Shown one piece after another: positions 8,391 through 15,621 of a stretch of DNA of 16,926 nucleotides. The position numbers were made by a program, and so were the translations under genes. This stretch comes from Nanobdellota archaeon (GTDB lineage: Archaea > Nanobdellota > Nanobdellia > SCGC-AAA011-G17 > JACPNG01): positions 1-16,926 of the forward strand of contig JBBSWJ010000017.1 of NCBI GenBank assembly GCA_038046345.1, written 5' to 3'. How positions within the stretch are numbered: the first letter of the stretch is position 1; every line of letters begins with the position of its first letter. Under the pieces are notes generated by a model. It was given only the letters and a program-made list of their open reading frames with translations, did not search any database and was not told the DNA's origin.

Positions 8391-8923
8391 TTATACACCT
8401 CTAGGAATCCATAGATTATTATACCGTTTATAATATTATTCTTTAGTTCTGCAGGATAATTTGTAAATTTCTCATTGAAGTGTAACTCAATTTTTCTTTT
8501 AAGCTTTTTTTCAAATGGTTGTAGATTTAAGTATTCTTTTTTTGCTTCAACAAACAAATCTATATCACTCTCCTCAACATCTTCTCCTCGTTGGTAGCTT
8601 CCAAATATCACTATAGATTTTGGTAGTAGTTTTTCTTCAATATAATTTATTATTCCAGATTCTTCTAGTTGGGTGAGATTGTATATCCTTTTATATTTTA
8701 TAAATTGTTTATTTCTGGTTGCCTTGTATACAGGGAATTTTCTCTGCCCTTTTTTTTCTATTTTTTGTTCAATTAGACCTAAACTTATAAGGTTCTTGAG
8801 ATTTTGTTTTGTGGATGTATGCGCAAGTTTACTTTCTTTGCTAATGTCTTTTAGGGTAAATGATCCTATTGGATTATTGAAAAATACGGTTAAGGTTGTT
8901 TGTATACTACTTATTTGTAACAT
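8387..8923 (-). CDS. wHTH-fused minimal nucleotidyltransferase (MNT), module 1
   Basis: IVIFGSYQRGEDVEESDIDLFV (GS-x10-DxD); N-terminal HTH (FTLKDISKESKLAHTSTKQNLKNL). Confidence 0.88.
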   Translation of the reverse strand: MLQISSIQTTLTVFFNNPIGSFTLKDISKESKLAHTSTKQNLKNLISLGLIEQKIEKKGQRKFPVYKATRNKQFIKYKRIYNLTQLEESGIINYIEEKLLPKSIVIFGSYQRGEDVEESDIDLFVEAKKEYLNLQPFEKKLKRKIELHFNEKFTNYPAELKNNIINGIIIYGFLEVYK

Positions 8924-8955
8924 ATGTTACATTAAAGTAACTTAAGCTATTTAAA
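8916..8955 (-). promoter_or_regulatory. MNT1 promoter: TATA plus 16 bp palindromic candidate operator
   Basis: TGTAACATATGTTACA (8916-8931) is a perfect palindrome over the start codon; TTTAAATA on the minus strand at 8948-8955. Confidence 0.7.
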
Positions 8956-8968
8956 GGTTTTGGTGAAA

Positions 8969-10723
8969 TTAATTTTCCTTCCCTCTTTGTTTTTTATAAA
9001 TTCTAACAATGTCCCTTAAAGTAGAAATTTCTCGTAGTGGTTTGTCTAATCTTAAGTTTTTTACTCTTGGAAACCTTAATGCGTACCCCGAATTATATGT
9101 TGGGCTTGCTTGTATTTCCTCGTATGTTATCTCTAAAATAATTTTTGCTTTTACTATTACTTCTCTTCCATGTTCTTCTTGTACTAGTGGTTTTAATAAT
9201 TTAGTCAATTCTAAAAATGTTACCCCTTCGGTTTTTTCCTTTATTCCTGTTCCTACTTTGCCTATTTCTACGAGTTTATTTTCATCCATCACTGCTAATT
9301 TGAAAGAGCTTAGCCATGTTGACCGTTTTCCCTCGCCGTATTCTGCGCCAATGATTACTGCGTCTATTGGTTCAAGTATTGGTTTTACTTTCACTCCATG
9401 TCCTACTCTTGATCCTGGTTTGTAAGCTGCTTGTAAATTCTTTACCATTACTCCTTCTTGTCCTTCCGATAATGCTTCTTCATAGAATTTTCTTGCTTCT
9501 ATTTCATCGCTTGTAATAATTTGTTTTGCTAGAACTAATTCTTTTTTCTTTTCCTTTACGCACTTTTTTAATAATGATCTTCGTTCTTTAAATGGTAATT
9601 CAATAACACTTTTACCGTCTAAATATAATACATCAAAAACATTTATTTCAACTGGGTATTTTTTTGCTATGTCTTCTATGTCATATTTTCTTTTAATTCT
9701 TTGGCTTATTGTCTGAAATGGTAAATAACGCCCAGTTTTTTTATCGTATCCCACTACTTCTGCGTCTAGGATAAAACTTTTTGCTTTTACCTGTTTTTTT
9801 ACAGCTTCTATAACCTCAGGGAATTGTTTTGTTACATTCTCTAATCTTCTTGTATAACAGATTGTTTTTTTACCATCGTTATTGATTAATAATCTCATTC
9901 CGTCGTACTTAACTTCTATCGCAGCTGGTTTTCCAACGGTTTTAAATGCGTCTGCTAAGTTTTCCGCTTTTTGGAATAACATTACATTTAGTGGTTTTCC
10001 AGGCGTGATTGATATTTTCTCAAGAGCTTTTAATCCTTCTTTCTTTGCAATGCCTGCTACTTCGCTAAAATCATTTAAAATATCTAGTGCATGCTGTGTT
10101 GCGTTTACATATTGATCATATACTTTCCTATCAACCTCAAATGTATTATCTTTGTCATCGTACTTGAAATTAATTTCTTTTTCAAAGAAGGCCCATACTA
10201 TTGCATCTCTTATTGATCCTTCTGCGATTCCTATTCTTAGATTTCCTAGAACTATTTTTATTATGTACTTTGCTTCTTTTGGTGTTGCGCTTGTTAATAA
10301 CTCTGTTACTAATCCTATTTTTTTGTCAGTGCTTCCTTTTCCTTCAATGCTTGCAACATTTTGTAAATTTGTAAAAACTTTTTCTACTGTTATGGTAGTA
10401 TGGGCCAAGGTCATTTGTTTTCTTTTCTTCATTAATTCTTCTGTTACTATCCCTAAATCTCCTTCTTTGCTCCATAATTTTTTTATTGTGTCTATACTCT
10501 CTCCTGTTGCATTATGGATTATTTTTAGTGCAGTTTGATCACTTAATCCTAGAACTCTTTCGTCCCATGCTGGAAATACTCTTCCTTCTGATAGCATTAA
10601 TACTGCTTCTAAGTATTTTTGTGGTACTTTTTTTAGAAGCTCTGATAGTATGTATGTTTTTTTTAGTCTCTTGCTTGTTTTTGTTAGTTCTTCAAGTGTT
10701 ATGGTTAAATCTGTAAAGTTCAT
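8969..10723 (-). CDS. lig: ATP-dependent DNA ligase (archaeal type)
   Basis: Motif I EVKYDG, III ILDAEV, IIIa FDVLY, IV EGVMVK, VI ALRFPR..R.DK; N-terminal DNA-binding domain. Confidence 0.96.
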   Translation of the reverse strand: MNFTDLTITLEELTKTSKRLKKTYILSELLKKVPQKYLEAVLMLSEGRVFPAWDERVLGLSDQTALKIIHNATGESIDTIKKLWSKEGDLGIVTEELMKKRKQMTLAHTTITVEKVFTNLQNVASIEGKGSTDKKIGLVTELLTSATPKEAKYIIKIVLGNLRIGIAEGSIRDAIVWAFFEKEINFKYDDKDNTFEVDRKVYDQYVNATQHALDILNDFSEVAGIAKKEGLKALEKISITPGKPLNVMLFQKAENLADAFKTVGKPAAIEVKYDGMRLLINNDGKKTICYTRRLENVTKQFPEVIEAVKKQVKAKSFILDAEVVGYDKKTGRYLPFQTISQRIKRKYDIEDIAKKYPVEINVFDVLYLDGKSVIELPFKERRSLLKKCVKEKKKELVLAKQIITSDEIEARKFYEEALSEGQEGVMVKNLQAAYKPGSRVGHGVKVKPILEPIDAVIIGAEYGEGKRSTWLSSFKLAVMDENKLVEIGKVGTGIKEKTEGVTFLELTKLLKPLVQEEHGREVIVKAKIILEITYEEIQASPTYNSGYALRFPRVKNLRLDKPLREISTLRDIVRIYKKQRGKEN

Positions 10724-10786
10724 GATTGTTAAATATTTATCAACTAATTTAAGGTTTATGGAATGGATAAAAACATGCTTTTGCTA

Positions 10787-12361
10787 TCAATAGTCTGTTT
10801 CATTTTCTATTGGTGGTAAGCCAGGTTCTTTTGGTTTTGTTTTGTATAATTCAGGGTCAATCTTACTTCTAGTTAATCCTTCTTCTATAGGACAAAGTTT
10901 AAAGTTGCTATAATCAAAATCTACTAAAGCACTAGGGTTAGTATGGCTTACAATCGTAACCACATATGGTTGTGTCACACCGGTGATAAGTTCAGATGTT
11001 ATATGAGAATCTGGATGTCTCATTTTAAATTCTACTATTCCATTAGCTAAGAAATTAATAGCAAAATTATAATCTCCAGGAGGAGTGTTCCAGTTGACCC
11101 ATGCATAAGTGCTATAACGATTACTTACGAAAGGCCATGACTCGATAGTACCACTAGCGGAATTATATGCCAGATCATAAAAAAAGGAGTCTCCCGGTAA
11201 GAATTCTAATAATGCAGTAAGTTTAGTTTGATGAATCCCGGAACTTGGGTTAATTTGTGCAACATGGTAAATGCCACTTAATGGTTCTGATCCATGTTCA
11301 TCATGAAATCCAGCAGATTCTGTGTGTTCGATCCATTTATCAGGATCAACACCACCGCTTAAGAAATCGTCATAAAAATCACAACTGCCTAACCTACTAA
11401 TCTTTAGTTCGTCTATAAACCCCGTAAAAAATTGGTTATGCCCCGGAAGACCCCAGCCTACATATGCGTCCTGTCCAGTAAAAGGCATCAGCCCAGTTTT
11501 AGGCTCTGAACCATCAAGCACACCATCAATGTATAATCTCATGGATTCACCATCATAAACTAATTTTATTTTATTCCACGTATTTAACTGCAATTGTGTA
11601 CCACCATATACCTCGTCCCATTGATTGCCTTGACTACTATCTGAGTAAATACCACCTACCAGCGCACCATTTCGTATTGCAAGGAAGTAAGGACCATTTT
11701 TTGAATAAATCATGCCATCATTATCACTTGTTTTTTTTATCCAAGCTTCAATAATTACATTTTTGGTAAGGTCAAGAACCGGTGGTTGTCCTATAAGCAC
11801 AGAACCACCCAGTGTGCTATCAAACTCTATACACGATCCTGAGATACACTCTTCAGCCCAGCTTACTCCGTCATAAGAAAATAATCCTTCTATCCCATGG
11901 ATTACATCAGTTGTAATAACTCCGGTCCCCTCATCAAATGACCAATAGGCTATCAAGTTTGTAGCTTCTTCGCATCGGCTTGTATCATAAAAACATGATT
12001 CAGTACAACCAAGTGTTCCAGCTTCAAATCCTAAACTTTCACATGTTTGCCCGCCTAAATCTGTTCCATCACATTCTTCAATGTCTTGGTTTATTATTCC
12101 ATCACCGCATACAAATGGGTCTATTCCTATTGTGCATCCTCCAGTATCGTATTGGCAGGTTTCAAGACACGAGATTCTTCCTCCCGTAAATCCTAAACTC
12201 TCGCATGTTTCTTCTCCAAGGTCTGTTCCATCACATTCTTCAATTACTTGGTTTAGTACACCATCACCACAATATCCTGGTTGTTCGCATTGTTGTGCTG
12301 TTAGCAGGAGTGATAATGATAATATTGTAAAGAATGATATTTTCACTCTTTTTTTAATCAT
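10787..12361 (-). CDS. Secreted/lipid-anchored protein with two Cys-rich repeats, a LamG-like domain and a second beta-sandwich domain
   Basis: Signal MIKKRVKISFFTILSLSLLLTAQQC; two CGDG..N..IEECDGTDLG..TCESLGF..G...C...C.YDT..C repeats; LIAYWSFDEG...YDGESMRLYIDG...FTGFIDELKI (LamG); start at 12361 has a TATA 25 bp upstream and avoids overlap with the HEPN gene. Confidence 0.85.
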   Translation of the reverse strand: MIKKRVKISFFTILSLSLLLTAQQCEQPGYCGDGVLNQVIEECDGTDLGEETCESLGFTGGRISCLETCQYDTGGCTIGIDPFVCGDGIINQDIEECDGTDLGGQTCESLGFEAGTLGCTESCFYDTSRCEEATNLIAYWSFDEGTGVITTDVIHGIEGLFSYDGVSWAEECISGSCIEFDSTLGGSVLIGQPPVLDLTKNVIIEAWIKKTSDNDGMIYSKNGPYFLAIRNGALVGGIYSDSSQGNQWDEVYGGTQLQLNTWNKIKLVYDGESMRLYIDGVLDGSEPKTGLMPFTGQDAYVGWGLPGHNQFFTGFIDELKISRLGSCDFYDDFLSGGVDPDKWIEHTESAGFHDEHGSEPLSGIYHVAQINPSSGIHQTKLTALLEFLPGDSFFYDLAYNSASGTIESWPFVSNRYSTYAWVNWNTPPGDYNFAINFLANGIVEFKMRHPDSHITSELITGVTQPYVVTIVSHTNPSALVDFDYSNFKLCPIEEGLTRSKIDPELYKTKPKEPGLPPIENETDY

Positions 12362-12426
12362 GATAAGTTTTTGATGGACTAGATGGTATATATAGTTTTT
12401 TGTTTTTACTTTTTTAAAACATTTAA

Positions 12427-12825
12427 TTATTTTATCATTTCTTTTAATTTTTTGAGTAATGGATAGAAGCATGTCTTAGCTATTGATAGTGCATCTTCTG
12501 CTTCAGCTTTTGTTGGGATGTACCCGTAATAATTAATGTTGTGTCTTGTTCTTCTTAGTGTATCTATTAATTTTATTGGTCTCTCTGTTTTTACATTTAA
12601 CATTTCTAGCTCTTTTATTTGTGCTATATGATCTTGAGAGGTTCTTCCTTCTGATATCATTTTGGCATCTCCTAGCATGCGGAAACATTCATATATGTTT
12701 CTTATTATGTTGAATGCTGATTCTTCAGTTAATTGTAATTTTTTTGTGTACTCTAGTTCTTTTTCTGCTGCTTGAATTATGCTTAGTGCATTTTTTGTGT
12801 CTGGATGTTTTACTCTGAAATTCAT
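12427..12825 (-). CDS. HEPN-domain protein (RX4Y variant), module 2
   Basis: LRRTRHNINYYG; ATGA overlap with the upstream MNT gene; same architecture as module 1. Confidence 0.78.
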   Translation of the reverse strand: MNFRVKHPDTKNALSIIQAAEKELEYTKKLQLTEESAFNIIRNIYECFRMLGDAKMISEGRTSQDHIAQIKELEMLNVKTERPIKLIDTLRRTRHNINYYGYIPTKAEAEDALSIAKTCFYPLLKKLKEMIK

Positions 12826-13394
12826 GGTTTTACTTCTAGGAATCCTTCTAGTATGATCCCGTTGGCTATGTTTGAAAATAAGTTTAAATCTATTTTGTTT
12901 CTAGAAAATGTATGTATATTAACTTGAATATTCTTTCTGTAGCCTAAGTATTTTATAGTGCATAATTTTGATATTTCTATTTGTTTGTTGTCAAGAACTT
13001 CTATTGCAATGTCTATATCGCTTTCTTCAGTATCGTCACCCCATCTGTAGCTTCCAAATAGGCTTATTGCTCTTGCTTGGGGTATTGTTTTGTGTATTTT
13101 GTCTAGTATTTCTGATTCGTATATTTTTTCGAGGTTGTATGGTATTTTTTTTGTTGTGGAGTATTTATGTTTTTGATTTGTTGAGATTAGCCATGATTTT
13201 CCAATTATTTCTTTTTGTAGGAATTCTTTTTTTGTAAGGTCTTCAACTGCTTCTTTTGTTGCTGTTTTTGATGTTTTGATTGATTTTGATAGTTCTGTTA
13301 GTCCTATTTTTGTGTTTGGGAATGCGTAAAACCATGCTAAGCATTTTTCATGTGCTTTCCTTTTGGTTTCTATTTTTTTTGTTTTATCTTTCAT
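12822..13394 (-). CDS. wHTH-fused minimal nucleotidyltransferase (MNT), module 2
   Basis: ISLFGSYRWGDDTEESDIDIAI; N-terminal HTH (IGLTELSKSIKTSKTATKEAVEDL); start 13394 lies 20 bp after TTATATAG. Confidence 0.88.
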   Translation of the reverse strand: MKDKTKKIETKRKAHEKCLAWFYAFPNTKIGLTELSKSIKTSKTATKEAVEDLTKKEFLQKEIIGKSWLISTNQKHKYSTTKKIPYNLEKIYESEILDKIHKTIPQARAISLFGSYRWGDDTEESDIDIAIEVLDNKQIEISKLCTIKYLGYRKNIQVNIHTFSRNKIDLNLFSNIANGIILEGFLEVKP

Positions 13395-13479
13395 AGTTAT
13401 GAACTTTTTTAGAACTATATAAGCTTTTCTGTTACCATGCAGTATCAATAAAGCTCATATAAACTTTTTTTAGAACTAT
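13393..13479 (-). promoter_or_regulatory. MNT2 promoter with inverted repeat and duplicated 17-18 bp motif
   Basis: atagtt-N14-aactat (13393-13418); aac(t)6-7agaactat at 13402 and 13462; TATA-like elements at 13415-13422 and 13455-13462. Confidence 0.5.
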
Positions 13480-13503
13480 TAATCAAGACTACGAAAAATA
13501 AAA

Positions 13504-13769
13504 TTATGCTCTTCTTTGTAATAATTCACCAAAGACTTCTTTAAAAGTATCATTAACTACTTTAAAATTATGACAAAAAATAGTAAAAGACTCTCACTTA
13601 CTTTAAATTCCCAAATGTCATCTAAATATATCCAACCACCTCTAGGTATAGTAACTCATACAAAATAATTTTCTTTTAAAAAAACATTTGAATATCTCGT
13701 ATACTTATGGATGGAAGGCGGTTCTCTTGGGTATATCCAGGGAAGGTGTTCTTTGGACTTATCATAGCA
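13504..13769 (-). pseudogene. Probable 3' gene remnant (one in-frame stop, one frameshift), truncated at the fic left site
   Basis: Minus-strand reading CYDKSKEHLPWIYPREPPSIHKYTRYSNVFLKENYFV*VTIPRGGWIYLDDIWEFKVSES / FTIFCHNFKVVNDTFKEVFGELLQRRA*; the TGA at 13656-13658 is GGA in the second repeat copy. Confidence 0.45.
13647..13694 (+). repeat. Direct repeat copy 1 flanking the fic unit
   Basis: tatagtaactcatacaaaataattttcttttaaaaaaacatttgaata matches 14775-14823 with 2 substitutions and 1 indel. Confidence 0.9.
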
Positions 13770-13770
13770 T

Positions 13771-13812
13771 ATTGTCCACAAAATAGAAATGTTTATATAT
13801 TATGTGGACAAT
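13771..13812. repeat. Left palindromic site (A)TTGTCCAC-N24-GTGGACAA(T) enclosing the fic TATA box
   Basis: attgtccaca 13771-13780 and tgtggacaat 13803-13812; TTTATATA at 13792-13799. Confidence 0.88.
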
Positions 13813-13821
13813 AACAGTTGT

Positions 13822-14730
13822 ATGGCATACATTGATAAGATCAAGTCAGGAAAAAAGACATTCTATTACTTAGGAAAGACTATAAGAATTGGCGAAAACA
13901 AATGGAAGAAAATAAGGATTAGATTGGGAGAAAAAAAGCCAACAAAAGAAGAGATTGGGAAAAAACTAAAAGAACTAAAACTTGAAGAGTATAAGTTTTA
14001 CAATAAAGATTTTTTGGATGCTAATAAACTTGAAATTATTGATGATTTTAAGGAAGTATACAACAATCATCTCAATAAAATCCCCAAGACTGCTGTTGAA
14101 AAAGAAGAAGCTGATTTTGTGATTAGATTTACATATAATTCTAATGCGATTGAAGGAAATAGATTAACATTACGGGATACATATTTGATTATCAAGGAAA
14201 AACAAATCCCATCTGGAGCACCAGCAAAGGATTATAACGAAGCAATCAACGGCAAGGAAGCATTTGAATTTATTAAAAAGTACAAAGGAAAATTAACAAC
14301 GGATTTTCTTGAAAAATTAAATGGTATTCTAACAAAGAATACAGATGTAGTTTATTCTGGAAGAATTCGCTTTTTCCCTGTGAAGATTGAGGGCGCAGAT
14401 TTTACGCCCCCTGAACCAGAAAAAGTAAAACCATTGCTTAAAGAGATGATTAAATTTTATTATGAAAATAAGCGTAAAATCCACCCATTTGTTTTAGCTT
14501 GTTTGATTCATGCCCAATTTGTAGAAATTCACCCCTTTGAAGATGGAAATGGAAGAACAGGAAGAGCATTAATGAATTGGAGCTTAATGGAAGCAGCTTA
14601 TCCAAAAGTGTTTGTGCCTGTAAAACTAAGGCAAAAGTATTACGAAGCGATTGATCTTCACAACGAGAAAGACATCAGGGGTTATTGTGAAAAGATGTTT
14701 GAAGTAGTTGTAGAACAATTTAAGCTTTAA
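13822..14730 (+). CDS. fic: Fic-family AMP-transferase (class II, internal inhibitory helix) with basic N-terminal domain
   Basis: HPFEDGNGRTGR active-site motif; SNAIEG fits (S/T)xxxE(G/N); start 13822 lies 22 bp after the TATA box. Confidence 0.92.
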   Translation: MAYIDKIKSGKKTFYYLGKTIRIGENKWKKIRIRLGEKKPTKEEIGKKLKELKLEEYKFYNKDFLDANKLEIIDDFKEVYNNHLNKIPKTAVEKEEADFVIRFTYNSNAIEGNRLTLRDTYLIIKEKQIPSGAPAKDYNEAINGKEAFEFIKKYKGKLTTDFLEKLNGILTKNTDVVYSGRIRFFPVKIEGADFTPPEPEKVKPLLKEMIKFYYENKRKIHPFVLACLIHAQFVEIHPFEDGNGRTGRALMNWSLMEAAYPKVFVPVKLRQKYYEAIDLHNEKDIRGYCEKMFEVVVEQFKL

Positions 14731-14732
14731 TG

Positions 14733-14773
14733 TTGTCCACTTTAAGTAAGGAAAAATTATTTTTGTGGACAAT
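14733..14773. repeat. Right palindromic site TTGTCCAC-N24-GTGGACAA
   Basis: ttgtccac 14733-14740 and gtggacaa 14765-14772; begins 2 bp after the fic stop codon. Confidence 0.88.
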
Positions 14774-14774
14774 T

Positions 14775-14823
14775 TATAGTAACTCCTACAAAATAATTTT
14801 CTTTTTAAAAAAACATTTAAATA
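14775..14823 (+). repeat. Direct repeat copy 2; contains the TATA box of the next gene
   Basis: tatagtaactcctacaaaataattttctttttaaaaaaacatttaaata; TTTAAATA at 14816-14823 lies 21 bp before ATG 14845. Confidence 0.9.
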
Positions 14824-14844
14824 CGAGTGTTATCATTTAATCTT

Positions 14845-15588
14845 ATGACCTTAAAAAAAGTTCAAGATCAATTCAGAGCTTCTCCACAATATAAGCATTT
14901 AGTTAGAACATCAAAAGATTGGGGGAAGCCTAATAACAAACAGGATCAGAAGTATACAGAACAGCGTGAACCATCAAGATTTTTTAGTATGGCTTCCAGG
15001 GATCGTGTAATTGTTTTGATCGTAGTTTTACTAACAATTTTTTCAATAGCTTATTTTGTTGTTCGTCCTGCTGTTGTTGGTTATGGTGTTTATGATGATA
15101 TTCAAAGCTCTGGATTATCCTCAGTGGATTATACTGATCAATTAGTTGCACTTGATACTAGGATTACAGATCTTGCTTCTGGCTTGAATTCATGTAATGA
15201 TCTAACTAGTGGGCTTCGTGATGAAATAAAAACTGTTACTTCCAAACTTGATGTATGTGAAGATGATCGCAATTCTATTCGGTATACTCTAGCTTCTGTT
15301 AGAGCCGATCGGAATACAGAAGCAGATGAGTTACGTAGCGATTTAAGAAATAAGGATACTCTTGTTGAATCTTTAAAATATGAACGAGATGTTGCAGTTG
15401 CAGCTCTTGAAGAAGAGAAAGGACGTGCAGATAGTGCTTGGACAGATTATAATACAATCGCAAAAAACACTGCTAAGAATATTTGTTGTAAAAAAAAGGT
15501 TGATGATAGATCAATTTCTGGTTTTGTTATTATAGACAACATGGTATCGTGTGTTAGTTCTGGTGGCACTTCAATTTCTTGCGAATAA
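14845..15588 (+). CDS. Membrane-anchored coiled-coil protein, function unknown
   Basis: One hydrophobic segment (VIVLIVVLLTIFSIAYFVV), a long heptad-like region and a C-terminal Cys cluster (ICCKKK...SCVS...SCE). Confidence 0.75.
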   Translation: MTLKKVQDQFRASPQYKHLVRTSKDWGKPNNKQDQKYTEQREPSRFFSMASRDRVIVLIVVLLTIFSIAYFVVRPAVVGYGVYDDIQSSGLSSVDYTDQLVALDTRITDLASGLNSCNDLTSGLRDEIKTVTSKLDVCEDDRNSIRYTLASVRADRNTEADELRSDLRNKDTLVESLKYERDVAVAALEEEKGRADSAWTDYNTIAKNTAKNICCKKKVDDRSISGFVIIDNMVSCVSSGGTSISCE

Positions 15589-15621
15589 ACTTTAAATAGT
15601 AGTTACTACAGTAATCTAATA

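Larger units (their letters stand above)
13771..14773. mobile_element. Putative non-autonomous fic cassette
   Basis: 13 bp perfect terminal inverted repeat (attgtccacaaaa / ttttgtggacaat) with inner inverted copies; single passenger gene; no transposase. Mobility is inferred. Confidence 0.4.

Noticed and set aside
7140-10716. Plus-strand ORFs 7140, 7410, 7528, 8673, 9009, 9882, 10152, 10486 (likewise 862, 1813, 3334, 4551, 11980, 12081, 12968)
   Set aside because: They overlap well-supported genes in antisense or alternate frames, carry no motifs, and have compositions typical of shadow ORFs.
7944-13488. 10 bp direct repeat ttaatcaaga flanking both MNT-HEPN modules and lig
   Set aside because: Short and AT-rich, so plausible by chance; it would also imply mobility of the housekeeping ligase.
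13707-13814. 35-codon plus-strand ORF (MDGRRFSWVYPGK...) before fic
   Set aside because: It is short, runs through the fic promoter and left site, and is antisense to the better-supported remnant.
5837-14730. A coordinated 'adenylylation island' (ThiI-like, two MNTs, ligase, Fic)
   Set aside because: The genes have separate promoters, orientations and apparent histories; shared chemistry is likely coincidental.
13771-14773. Integron attC or Xer dif identity for the fic-flanking sites
   Set aside because: No GTTRRRY/RYYYAAC boxes, the 24 bp spacer does not fit the 11-6-11 dif layout, and no integrase is in the window.
15598-15609. Reverse-complement similarity (tagtaactacta) to the start of the fic direct repeat
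   Set aside because: Only 11 of 12 bp in AT-rich DNA; insufficient without more copies.
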